64,000 nt of DNA from an uncultured Solirubrobacteraceae bacterium. GTDB lineage: Bacteria > Actinomycetota > Thermoleophilia > Solirubrobacterales > Solirubrobacteraceae. Within the stretch, counting starts at the first letter, position 1. Every line of letters begins with the position of its first letter. The notes under the pieces were generated by a model. The model ran no database searches, had not been told where the DNA came from, and was given only the letters and a program-made list of their open reading frames with translations. Made by a program: the position numbers and the translations under genes. Shown here one piece after another: positions 40,553 to 51,125 of this stretch. The DNA lies in assembly GCA_963810735.1 (NCBI GenBank), contig CAWEOR010000003.1:295928-359927 (forward strand). Direction: 5' to 3'.

Positions 40553-43500
40553 TTATTCCTGCGTTCTGACCTCGACCGCTTCTGAGCCCTCGATCGTGGC
40601 GCTGCTGTCGAGGGACACGGTCGAGGAGGCCCCGAAGTCCAGTGCGAGCAGGTCCGGCAGGCCGCCTTCGAAGCGTTCCGGCGTCTGCGCGCCCTCCGAG
40701 CCCTTGTAGCTGAGCGCGGTGGTCTGGCTCGACTTGTCGGGCGAGCCGATCACGGCGATCGCCGAGCCCGTCAACGACACGGGCGTACCCCCGCAGCTGA
40801 AGGCGGCGAAGGTCGAGCCGGCGGGACCGCCGAGCGCCCAGCCGGCGGAGCTGGCGCTGATCATGCCGAGCTGGGCCGGAAGCGCCGGGGCCAGCACTTC
40901 GCCGGCGGCCGCCCCTTCGCTGTTGCAGGGGAGGTTCCCGAAGAACGACAGCGTGCAGCCGCTCAGGACGAGCGTCATGGTGGCGCTCTGCGGGCCGGTG
41001 TATTCGCCGCTGGCGAGGCCGGTCTGGCATTCGAAGGCCACGCGCCCCTTCTTCTGGCCCTTGGCTGGTGCCGTTTCGAGCAGGAAGCCCGTGAGCGTGA
41101 GCGTGAAGCGCGGGTTGGCGAGCGGCCACGGCTCCCATTCGTACTTGCCGCTGTCGCCGCCGGCGCTGAGCGTGGTGCACGCCTTGGTGGCGTAGCGGGC
41201 GTGGGAGCTCTTCACGCATCTGCCGAGTTCCGGGAAGGGCGGCGTGGTGAACGTCTGCTGGGCGCCGTAGCCGGTGCCGTGGGCGTTGGTTGCGCGCACC
41301 CGGAAGTAGTAGGTCTGCCCGCGCTGCAGGGAGCTGACGGCGGCGGACACGGGGCTGTATTCGGTGCCGGACCCAGGGAGCGAGGAGCACGGTACGCTCG
41401 CGCCGTAGGCGGGGCTCGTACCGTATTCGAAGCGGCATTCGCTCACGGTGTCGCCGCCCGGGTCGACGCTCCCGCTGAGGGTGGCGGCGTCGGCTTCGAT
41501 GTGTGAGGCGGCGCCGGTGATGACTGTGGGAGCGCCTTCGTAGGTGAACTGGTCCTGCGGCTCGGCGGCGCTGGTGCCTTGTGGGGTGGTCACGGTGACC
41601 TCGACGGTGCCGCTCCCCGGGGGCGAGGAGACGACGACTTCGTCGTCCGAGCGGACTTCGATCGGGCTCACTTCGACCGCGCCGAAGTGGACGGCGCTGG
41701 CTCCCTGGAGCTCGCCGCCGATGATCGCCACGCGCGTGCCGCCGGAGGCGGGTCCCGCATTGGGCGCGAGCGAGCTGACGCTCGGACCGGAGACGCCGGG
41801 TCTGCTGAGCAGGTCGTGGGAACCGGAGGCGAAGGCGCTGAAGGGGCCTTCCAGGTACGGCCCTTGGGGGCATGGTCCGTAGGCGAAGGGCACGCACACG
41901 CCGACGGGGGTGTCGCTGTAGGCGAGCGTCCCGTCTCCCAGCTCTCCCCAGCGGTTGGCTCCCCACGTCTCTGCGCTACCGTCCTGCAGCTCGACGAGCC
42001 CGCCGCGGGCGTACTCGCCCTGCGCCAGGGCGCGCACGCCGGTCAACCCGTCGACCAGGCCCGGGTCGGTGGCGCAGGCGTACCTCCCCCCTTCCACCTT
42101 GCACACGTCGGGACCGCTCGTGATGCCGTCGCCGAGCCCCCCTTCCCCGTTGTACCCCCAGGCGGCGACCGTGCCGTTCTTCAGCAGCGCGAAGCTTTCG
42201 CTGAAGCCGCCCGCGAGCGCCTGCACTTCGCCGAGGTGGCTCTTGCACTTGCCTTCGCCCGCGGCGCACACCGGCACGGGCACGCCGCTCGCCTTGGTGG
42301 CGCCGTCACCGAGCTGCCCGAATTCGTTGGCGCCCCAGCTCATCACGGTCCCGTTCTTCAGCAGCGCGAGCCCCTGGAAGGACCCGGCGGCGATGGCGCT
42401 GACTTCGCCGAGTCCGCTCACCGGGCGCGGGATGCGGCTGCACGCTTCTTTTTCGGCGCCGCAGGTTTCCGGTCCGCTGGCGGTTCCCTGGCCGAGCTCG
42501 CCCTGCGTGTTTTCGCCCCAGGCCATGACGGTGCCGTTGCTCAGCCGGGCGAGGCTGAAGTCGGCGCCGGCGGCGATTTCGACGACGTCCTGGAGGTAGT
42601 TTTCGGGCTGGCAGGGGGATTCGAGCTTCGTACACACGGGCAGCGGATAGGGGTTGCGTTCGGTGTCGGTGGCGAGGTCGCCGTAGAGGTTTCCGCCCCA
42701 GGCGGCGATCGTGCCGCTCTTCAGCAGCGCGAGGCTCGGGAGGCGCCCGGCTGAGATGGCGCTCACTTCTTCCAGGTACGGGCCGTTCGGGCATTCGCTG
42801 ACGCCGAGTGCGCACACGTGGACCGGCTTGGTGCGCTCGGCGTAGCTGCCGTCGCCGACCGTGCCGAACTCGTTTTCGCCCCACGTCATGAGCTCGCCGC
42901 CCGCGAGCAGCGCGAGGCTCTGGGTCCAGCCGGCGGACAGCGCCTGGGCTTCACCCAGGCCGAGGACTTCGACGGGGACTTCGCTGCTTTCGATTTCGCC
43001 GTCGCCGAGCATCCCCTCGTTGCGACCCCAGGCGAGCACCGCGCCGGGCGGGTCGTAGATGAAGCGGTCCGCTTCGACGGCCGGGCTGGAGCCGGCGGGC
43101 GTGGTGACGGTCACCTGCACCGCCCCCGTACCCGGGGGCGCCTGCGCGGTGATGGAGTCGTTCGATTCGACGCTGAATTCGCTCGCCGCGCGCGCGCCGA
43201 ACGAGACGGCGGTCGCGCCGGAGAGGTTCGCGCCGGTGATCGTCACCGTCTCGCCGCCGTCGCCCGCGCCGGTGTCGGGCGAGACGCCGGCGACGCTCGG
43301 CGGGGCGGTGGAGAAGGCGTAGTCGGCGCCGTAGGCGGTGCCGTCGCTGTTGCGCGCCACCAGGCGGTAGTGGTAGACGGTGTCTTCCCGGAGTTCGCCG
43401 ACCGTCTGGCTGACCTGCTGGCCGCTCGTGCCGATGGCGCCTTCGGGGACCGGGATGGTCGAGCCGTAGGACGTGCTGGTGCCGTATTCGAACTGGTAGG

Positions 43501-45052
43501 TGGTGGGCAGGCCGCGCGGCGAGACGGAGCCGTGCAGCGTAGCGTCGCCCGCGCCGACGGCGCTCGGCGGCGAGGTGGTGGCGAGGGGAGCGGCCGGAGC
43601 GAGCTGCAGCGGCCCTTCGGGGGTGCCGTTGCCGGTCGGCCCGTCGTAGCCTGGCTCCGCCCGGCAGAAGTAGGCCACTTCGGGCGCGTCGGAGCATTTG
43701 CCGTTGATCCCGCTGGTGATGTCGCGCAGGCCGCCCGTGGCCTGGTAGAAGGCCTCGGCCCCGGGGAGCTTGCGCACGGATTCTTCGGCGTGGGCCTCGA
43801 TCCCGGCAAGTAGCGGCGAGGAGGCGCTCGTCCCGCACACGTCCTCCCACGTCCCCGCGTACACGGACATGGGCGATTCGCAGGCGCCGTCGGCGGCGAC
43901 ATCGGTGGTCATGCGCCCGTGGCAGCCCGGGTCGCCCTGCCAGCTCGGCTTGGGGAAGCGTGAGCATCCTGAGCCGCCGCCGTCGCGGTCTTCCGGTTCG
44001 TACCAGGGTTCCTCCGTCCAGCCCCGCGCGTTGCTCGCGTGGCGGAGCACGGTCCCGCCGACGGCTACCACGGATGGCAGCGAGGCGGGGAAGTCGGGCG
44101 AGTCGGCGCCCTCGAAGAAGTTGTCGTAGGCGTTGTCCCCGGCGGCGAAGAACAGCATCACGCCGGGGTGTTCGAAGAACTCGTGCTCGTGGTCTTCGCA
44201 TTCGGCGAGGGACGCCCCGCAGTCCTGTTCGGGGCTGCTCCAACTGTTGGAGACCTCGATCGCGCCGAGCTTCACAGCCGTGTTCTCGGCCGCGCCGAGC
44301 GACACATCCGAGGGTTCGCTCGCCTGCACCAGCAGGATGTGGCATTCCGGGCACGCGGCGGAGACCATCTCGATGTCGAGCGCCTGCTCGCTGTTCCAGC
44401 CTTTTTCGACCGGATAGGACCCTTCCTGACCCTTCTGGTTGACCTTGCGGAAGCACCCGTTGGCGGTGGTGCACGGCGCCAGCCCGTAGCGTTCGCGGTA
44501 GACGGCGAGGGCGTGTTCGGCTTCGACGAAGCCGTACGCGTCGACGATCGCCACCGTCTCATCCGCGCCGCCGGTGGTCGGGATCTCGTACGCCGACTGC
44601 AGGTCCTGCGGGTCGAAGCCGCCCTTTTCGCCGCTGCCCTGGAGCGGCGCGGTCGCGTCGGGGAGCACGAGTCGCTTCTTCCCGTGCACCTGCCGCATCA
44701 CCGGTTCCGGGTCGACGATCGCCTGGCAGGTCCCGTCCGGGCAGACGTAGTAGGGCCTCGTCTTGGACGGCGTGAGCGAGATTCCGCCTTCCGCCTCCGG
44801 GGACAAGGCCGCCCCGGCCCCGGCCTGTCGCAGCGCGAGCGGCGGGCGGGCCCCACGCGAAGCCCGCCCGCTCGCGCGGGCGCCCCCTCCGGAGGCCGTG
44901 GGCCATGCTTCTTCGCGGGCGGACGCGGCACCTGCAGCGGCGGCCACGGGGAGCGACCCCACTACGCCGACCATCGCCGCGGGCGCAGCGAGGACGACGA
45001 CCGCGAGAACCGCTCGCAGGCCAACGCGCTCCCCGGCACGAAATCCCTCCAC
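40553..45052 (-). CDS. Large secreted protein: S53/S8-type peptidase, FN3-like, IPT, RCC1 propeller, IPT, FN3-like, Cys-rich C-terminal domain
   Basis: EQALDIE, AAGD, GTSASSP; YxFEYGTS repeated twice; AWGxNxxGxLG repeats; start uncertain. Confidence 0.85.
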   Translation of the reverse strand: MEGFRAGERVGLRAVLAVVVLAAPAAMVGVVGSLPVAAAAGAASAREEAWPTASGGGARASGRASRGARPPLALRQAGAGAALSPEAEGGISLTPSKTRPYYVCPDGTCQAIVDPEPVMRQVHGKKRLVLPDATAPLQGSGEKGGFDPQDLQSAYEIPTTGGADETVAIVDAYGFVEAEHALAVYRERYGLAPCTTANGCFRKVNQKGQEGSYPVEKGWNSEQALDIEMVSAACPECHILLVQASEPSDVSLGAAENTAVKLGAIEVSNSWSSPEQDCGASLAECEDHEHEFFEHPGVMLFFAAGDNAYDNFFEGADSPDFPASLPSVVAVGGTVLRHASNARGWTEEPWYEPEDRDGGGSGCSRFPKPSWQGDPGCHGRMTTDVAADGACESPMSVYAGTWEDVCGTSASSPLLAGIEAHAEESVRKLPGAEAFYQATGGLRDITSGINGKCSDAPEVAYFCRAEPGYDGPTGNGTPEGPLQLAPAAPLATTSPPSAVGAGDATLHGSVSPRGLPTTYQFEYGTSTSYGSTIPVPEGAIGTSGQQVSQTVGELREDTVYHYRLVARNSDGTAYGADYAFSTAPPSVAGVSPDTGAGDGGETVTITGANLSGATAVSFGARAASEFSVESNDSITAQAPPGTGAVQVTVTTPAGSSPAVEADRFIYDPPGAVLAWGRNEGMLGDGEIESSEVPVEVLGLGEAQALSAGWTQSLALLAGGELMTWGENEFGTVGDGSYAERTKPVHVCALGVSECPNGPYLEEVSAISAGRLPSLALLKSGTIAAWGGNLYGDLATDTERNPYPLPVCTKLESPCQPENYLQDVVEIAAGADFSLARLSNGTVMAWGENTQGELGQGTASGPETCGAEKEACSRIPRPVSGLGEVSAIAAGSFQGLALLKNGTVMSWGANEFGQLGDGATKASGVPVPVCAAGEGKCKSHLGEVQALAGGFSESFALLKNGTVAAWGYNGEGGLGDGITSGPDVCKVEGGRYACATDPGLVDGLTGVRALAQGEYARGGLVELQDGSAETWGANRWGELGDGTLAYSDTPVGVCVPFAYGPCPQGPYLEGPFSAFASGSHDLLSRPGVSGPSVSSLAPNAGPASGGTRVAIIGGELQGASAVHFGAVEVSPIEVRSDDEVVVSSPPGSGTVEVTVTTPQGTSAAEPQDQFTYEGAPTVITGAASHIEADAATLSGSVDPGGDTVSECRFEYGTSPAYGASVPCSSLPGSGTEYSPVSAAVSSLQRGQTYYFRVRATNAHGTGYGAQQTFTTPPFPELGRCVKSSHARYATKACTTLSAGGDSGKYEWEPWPLANPRFTLTLTGFLLETAPAKGQKKGRVAFECQTGLASGEYTGPQSATMTLVLSGCTLSFFGNLPCNSEGAAAGEVLAPALPAQLGMISASSAGWALGGPAGSTFAAFSCGGTPVSLTGSAIAVIGSPDKSSQTTALSYKGSEGAQTPERFEGGLPDLLALDFGASSTVSLDSSATIEGSEAVEVRTQE

Positions 45053-45133
45053 CCGACCCGGACCCCTCTCATCCTCCGTGACGCCGAGCGGCCCTCCGCC
45101 GACCGGCAGCGAGCCACGTTAGCCCAGGCGTAC

Positions 45134-45610
45134 CTAGCTGTCAACCGTACAGGAGCCGGTGTCCGCCCGGTCGCCCTCGATGACGGCCAGGTGCGCCATG
45201 TTTGCCTGGTCCCCGGCCTCGGCGCTGGCCTCGCCGGCGAACCACGCATCGAGGATCTCGCCCAGCTGCGCCTCGGAGGTGCTGCGCAGGCTGAGGGCGA
45301 GCACGTTGGCGTCGTTCCAGCGCCGGGCACCCGCGGCGGTGGCGGCGTCGGCGCACAGCGCGGCGCGCACGCCATCGACCTTGTTGGCGGCGATGGACGC
45401 ACCGGTGCCCGTCCAGCAGCACACGATCGCCTGCTCGGCGCGCCCGTCGGCGACGTCGCGGGCGGCCGCCTCCGACGCCCATGCCCAGTCGTCGCGCTCG
45501 CCCGCAGCAAACGCTCCGTGGCCGATCACATTGTGCCCGCGACGCTCCAGCTCGGGAACGAGAGCGCCGGCGACCCCGGCGAGCTCGTCGGCGGAGACCG
45601 CCACGTCCAT
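45134..45610 (-). CDS. RpiB/LacA/LacB family sugar-phosphate isomerase
   Basis: CCWTGTGASIAANKVDGVRAAL, WNDANVL. Confidence 0.9.
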   Translation of the reverse strand: MDVAVSADELAGVAGALVPELERRGHNVIGHGAFAAGERDDWAWASEAAARDVADGRAEQAIVCCWTGTGASIAANKVDGVRAALCADAATAAGARRWNDANVLALSLRSTSEAQLGEILDAWFAGEASAEAGDQANMAHLAVIEGDRADTGSCTVDS

Positions 45611-46248
45611 CAGCTGCCCTCCCCCCCGTCCTGCGCCAGCACCGGCTCGCCCGCGGCCCTGCGCTCGGCCACCAACTCCAGGAACAGCCGGTGCAGACGA
45701 TCGTCAGCGCCCAGCTCCGCGTGGAAGGCGACCGCGAGCATCGATCCCTGGCGTGCGGCGACCGGGTGGCCTTCGAGCTCGCCCAGGACCTCCACGCCCT
45801 CGCCGTGCTGGGCGATCCACGGGGCGCGGATGAAGATCCCCCTGATCGGCGGGCCGTCGATGCCACGCACGTACACGTCGGCCTCGAAGCTCCGCACCTG
45901 CCGCCCGAAAGCGTTGCGCTCTGCGCGCATGTCCATCAGGCCGAGGTGGTCGCGGTCGAGCATGATCAGCCCGGCGCACGAGCCGAGGATCGGGCGTGCC
46001 GCGGCGGGCGAGCTGGCGCAGCGGCTCGGCGAGACCCTCGCGTGCGATCCCGAGGGTGATGGTCGTCGACTCGCCGCCCGGCACGACCAGTCCGTCGAGC
46101 CCCTCGAGGTCCTCCGGCACGCGAACCTCGCGCGGTCGCGCGCCCCGAGCCCCTCGAGCATCCGCTCGTGGGCGTCGAAGCCGCCCTGGAGCGCCAGCAC
46201 GCCGACCACCGGCTCTGCAGGTGCCGGCGCCGGCCGCTCACCAGCCAC
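45610..46248 (-). CDS. pdxT: PLP synthase glutaminase subunit (frameshifts)
   Basis: GVLALQG, PGGESTT (alternate frame), GSCAGLI, RNAFGRQ, FIRAP, FHAEL. Confidence 0.9.
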   Translation of the reverse strand: MAGERPAPAPAEPVVGVLALQGGFDAHERMLEGLGARDRARFACRRTSRGSTDWSCRAASRRPSPSGSHARVSPSRCASSPAAARPILGSCAGLIMLDRDHLGLMDMRAERNAFGRQVRSFEADVYVRGIDGPPIRGIFIRAPWIAQHGEGVEVLGELEGHPVAARQGSMLAVAFHAELGADDRLHRLFLELVAERRAAGEPVLAQDGGEGS

Positions 46249-47124
46249 GTTGGGCTAGGAGTTGCTCGTCCTCCAGCTTGGAGCTCTCGAGGCTGATCAT
46301 CGGCGTGCCGAGTCCGCGCGAGGCCTGGGCGACGCGCTCGGGGTCCTGCCAGTGGGTGGTGGAGGCGACGATCGCGCGAGCGCGCGTCGGGCGGGTCCTC
46401 GGACTTGAAGATGCCCGAGCCCACGAACACGCCTTCGGCGCCGAGCGCCATCATCAGGGCCGCATCCGCAGGTGTGGCGATGCCGCCGGCGCAGAACAGC
46501 ACGACCGGCAGGCGGCCCGTCGCCGGCGACGGCCCGGACGATGTCCAGCGGCGCGGCGAGGTTCTTGGCCGCAGTGGCGATCTCATCGTCGCCGAGCATC
46601 GTCAGGCGGCGGATTTCGCCGGTGATCTGGCGCATGTGGCGTACCGCCTCGACGATGTCGCCGGTGCCGGCCTCGCCCTTTGAGCGGATCATGGCGGCGC
46701 CCTCGCCGATCCGCCGCAGCGCCTCGCCGAGGTTGGTGGCGCCGCACACGAACGGCACCTTGAAGTCCCACTTGTCGATGTGGTTGGCCTCGTCCGCGGG
46801 CGTGAGCACCTCGGACTCGTCGACGTAGTCGACCTCCAGGGCCTCGAGCACGCGCGCCTCCATGAAGTGCCCGATGCGCGCCTTGGCCATCACGGGGATG
46901 CTCACCGCCTCCTGGATGCCGGCGATCATCTCGGGGTCGGACATGCGGGCGACGCCGCCGTCCCGGCGGATGTCGGCGGGCACCCGCTCGAGCGCCATCA
47001 CCGCCGCCGCGCCGGCGTCCTCGGCGATCTTCGCCTGCTCGGGGGTGACCACATCCATGATCACGCCGCCCTTGAGCATCTCCGCCAGGCCGGTCTTGAC
47101 CCGGAATGTGGCCTCGTCACGCAT
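46238..47124 (-). CDS. pdxS: PLP synthase subunit (frameshifts)
   Basis: [38 protein letters not shown], ends LAQRGW. Confidence 0.95.
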
Positions 47125-47247
47125 GTTCGTTAGTTTGACAGCCGCGCTGGCGTTCACGCGGGACGCGCGTCGACGGGGCGCCCCGTCACCGGGGTCGTGA
47201 GCGTCGCGCCACCGGCGCCGCGCTCACGCGATGGCCCCTCGACAGCC

Positions 47248-48000
47248 TCAGCCGGCCCCGCCCCGCACGGCGGACGCGTTCAGGCGGACGTAGTCCAGCG
47301 GCACCCGCACGCCGGCCACGACGGCGGCGGCGAACGGCTCGCGACGCTCCTCGGGCAGGCGCTCCAGGTGCGCGGCCAGGATCGACGTGCGCACGAACCC
47401 GCCCACGTCCTCAGGATCTGTGGGGCGCTCCTCGAGCCAGCAGCGGACGGCATCGAAGCCGGCGGCCCGCAGACGCCGTTCGGTGTCCGCGGGGCCCGCG
47501 AACGTCCATGGGGAGAAGCCCACGAGCTCGGGAGCGCTGTCGCGGGCGACCGCGTCGATGACCGCGCGGACGCCGTCGATGTTGCCCTCGCCACCGCACT
47601 GGACCTCGAGCCGCCCGCCCGGCCGCAGGACCCGCGCGAGCCGAGCCCACAGCCGCTCGTGGTCGGTGACCCAGTGGAGCGTGGCGGTCGAGACGACCGC
47701 GTCGACCGGCTCCTCCACCTCGATCTCGAGCGCATCCCCGCACCACACCTCCGCGCGCTCCCCCAGCCGCTCGCGCGCAAGCTCCACCATCTCCGCCGAA
47801 GCGTCCACCGCGAGCACCCGCCCCCGTGGCACGAGCGCGAGCAGCGACTCGGTGACCCGCCCAGTGCCACACCCCACATCGAGCACCCGGGCGTCCGGCT
47901 CGATCCCCTCCAACCGCGCCACCACCTCAGCCGCCCAAGCCTGCTGAGGCCCACTGACCCGATCATAAGTGGGCGCATCCCAAGCCGTCCCCATGTCCAC
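47248..48000 (-). CDS. Trans-aconitate methyltransferase-like SAM methyltransferase
   Basis: WDAPTY, VLDVGCGTG, STATLHWV, DYVRLN. Confidence 0.85.
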   Translation of the reverse strand: MDMGTAWDAPTYDRVSGPQQAWAAEVVARLEGIEPDARVLDVGCGTGRVTESLLALVPRGRVLAVDASAEMVELARERLGERAEVWCGDALEIEVEEPVDAVVSTATLHWVTDHERLWARLARVLRPGGRLEVQCGGEGNIDGVRAVIDAVARDSAPELVGFSPWTFAGPADTERRLRAAGFDAVRCWLEERPTDPEDVGGFVRTSILAAHLERLPEERREPFAAAVVAGVRVPLDYVRLNASAVRGGAG

Positions 48001-48032
48001 CTCATCAAGCCTACCCAGGGTGCCCGCATGGT

Positions 48033-48090
48033 CCCGCCAAGCGAAGCCGCCAGGCGGGCGGCTCGTACGCCGCGAAGCGGCCGCGAGCCG
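48033..48090. repeat. Intergenic double hairpin with two GCGAAGC loops (REP-like)
   Basis: CCCGCC..GCGAAGC..GGCGGG and CGGCTCG..GCCGC-GAA-GCGGC..CGAGCCG; only one copy seen in the window. Confidence 0.5.
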
Positions 48091-48115
48091 AACGACTCGG
48101 CCGCGGAGCGCCGCG

Positions 48116-49034
48116 CTACTTCAGCCGAAAGGCCTTGATGCGGTCGTCGTATGAGGCGGTGTCGCGCGCGTACACCGCCGTAGGCGAGCGCCTGGATCAC
48201 GCTGAGCAGAGCGGCGTGCGAGCGCACGTACGCAGGGCTGTTGGAGGAGTAGTAGAGCTTGATCTGCGCGAGCTTGGCGACCTCTGAGAGGGTCGCGTCG
48301 GTGATCGCAGCGGTGTGTCGCCTGGCGGTGGCGGGCGAGCTTCATGGCGCGCACCACCAGCGGGTGGGGGCGCCCCGCGGAGAGTCCGACGACGAGCGTG
48401 GCTCCGTCGATCCGACCGAGACGGCTGAGCGCCTCCTGCGAGGGGCTCGCGACGACGTCCACGCGCAGGTCCAGCAGCATCAGCAGGTGGCGCAGGTAGC
48501 TGGCGAAGAAGGCCATCTGGTCGGTGCCCGCGACCAGCACTTTCTCGGCGCCGACGATCGCCTCGATCAGCGCGTCCACCGAGCTGCGCGAGACCTTGCG
48601 GGCGGTGTCCTCGACGTTCAGGTGGTCGGCCGCGAGCGCCGCCTCGAACTCGTTCTGGTCGAGCGAGAACAGCGGCGTCGAGGATCGGGGCACCGCCGGT
48701 GCCGCCTTCCTTGGCGGCCTTGGCGTTCACGCGCCGGTATTCCTCGCGGGCCGCCGCCTGGAGCTCGGGGAAGCCCTCGAAGCCGAGCGCCTGGGAGAAG
48801 CGCACGACGGTGGAGCTCGACGTGTTGGCGCGGCGGGCGAGCTCCTCGGCGGTCTGGAAGGCGGCCTCGTCGAGGTGGTCGACGATGTACTGGGCCACGT
48901 CCTTCTGCGAGCGCGAGCACTCGTCGAAGCGCGCCTGGATGTACTTGGACAGGCTCTGGTGCTCGCTGGTGCCGCCGATTGGGGAGCCCCCGTTGCCCGG
49001 AGCGCTCGGCGGTCTTGGTCGCTGCGCGCTTCAT
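48116..49034 (-). CDS. MurR/RpiR family transcriptional regulator (frameshifts)
   Basis: SRSQKDVAQYI, ELARRANTSSSTVVRFSQALGFEGF HTH, SIS domain. Confidence 0.88.
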
Positions 49035-49105
49035 CGGCGCTTTTGTTCGACGTCTGCGGCTCGCACTCCTTCCCGCTGTGATCGGTAGGGTCGGTAGTGT
49101 CGCTG

Positions 49106-50270
<1,165 letters not shown>

Positions 50271-50382
50271 GCAGCGGCGGCGCTCGCCTATCCCGGTGAG
50301 CGCCTCGCGACCGCGCAGCGCGGGCGGACCCGGCCTCGGGGTCAGACCCTGAGAGCGTGACGCGGCGTAGGATCCGGCGAGG

Positions 50383-51125
50383 ATGGCGGGACCGGCGCTC
50401 TACCTGTTCAGCAGCGGCACGCTCGGGCTCGGCGGCTTCGAGGTGCCGGTGCCCTTCTACCTGATCCGCCATGCGCAGGGCGACGTCGTCGTCGACGGCG
50501 GCAACCCGCTGGCGGTCGCGCGTGACCCGCACGCGCACTGGGGCAGCCTGGCGGACATCTTCGAAGTGCACATGACCGAGGAGCAGCACTGCGTCGCACA
50601 GCTGCGCCAGCACGGCGTCGCAACCCGAGTCGGTCTCGCGCGTCGTGCAGACCCACATGCACATCGACCACACGGGCGCGCTCGGCCACTTCCCCGACGC
50701 GGAGATCGTCGTGCACGCAGCCGAGCTCGAGAGCGCGCGCGGCGAGCGCCCCCACGCACGCGGCTACGTGCGCGCCGACTACGAGCAGCCCGGGCTCGTC
50801 TGGAGCATGTACACCGGCGAGCTGGACCTGTTCGGCGACGGCAGCGTGCGGCTGCTGCCAACGCCCGGACATTCCGCGGGCCACGTCTCGCGTGCTGCTC
50901 CAGCTCGAGCACACCGGGCCCGTCCTGCTGACCGCCGACGCCGTGGACAACCATGCGCAGTGGGAGGGTTCCCAGCCGCCGCGCTCGCTCCACTCCGCAG
51001 AGGAAGCCGAGCGCTCGCGCGAGCGCCTGCGCGAGCTCGTCGAGGAGCTCGAGCCGCTGCTCGTGTTCGGGCACGACCCTCGGAACTTCGCCGCGCTCGA
51101 GCACGCGCCGGACTGCTACGACTGA
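50383..51125 (+). CDS. N-acyl homoserine lactonase (AiiA/AttM)-like MBL protein (frameshifts)
   Basis: THMHIDH, DLFGDGSV, TPGHSAGH, ADA, FGHD. Confidence 0.8.
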
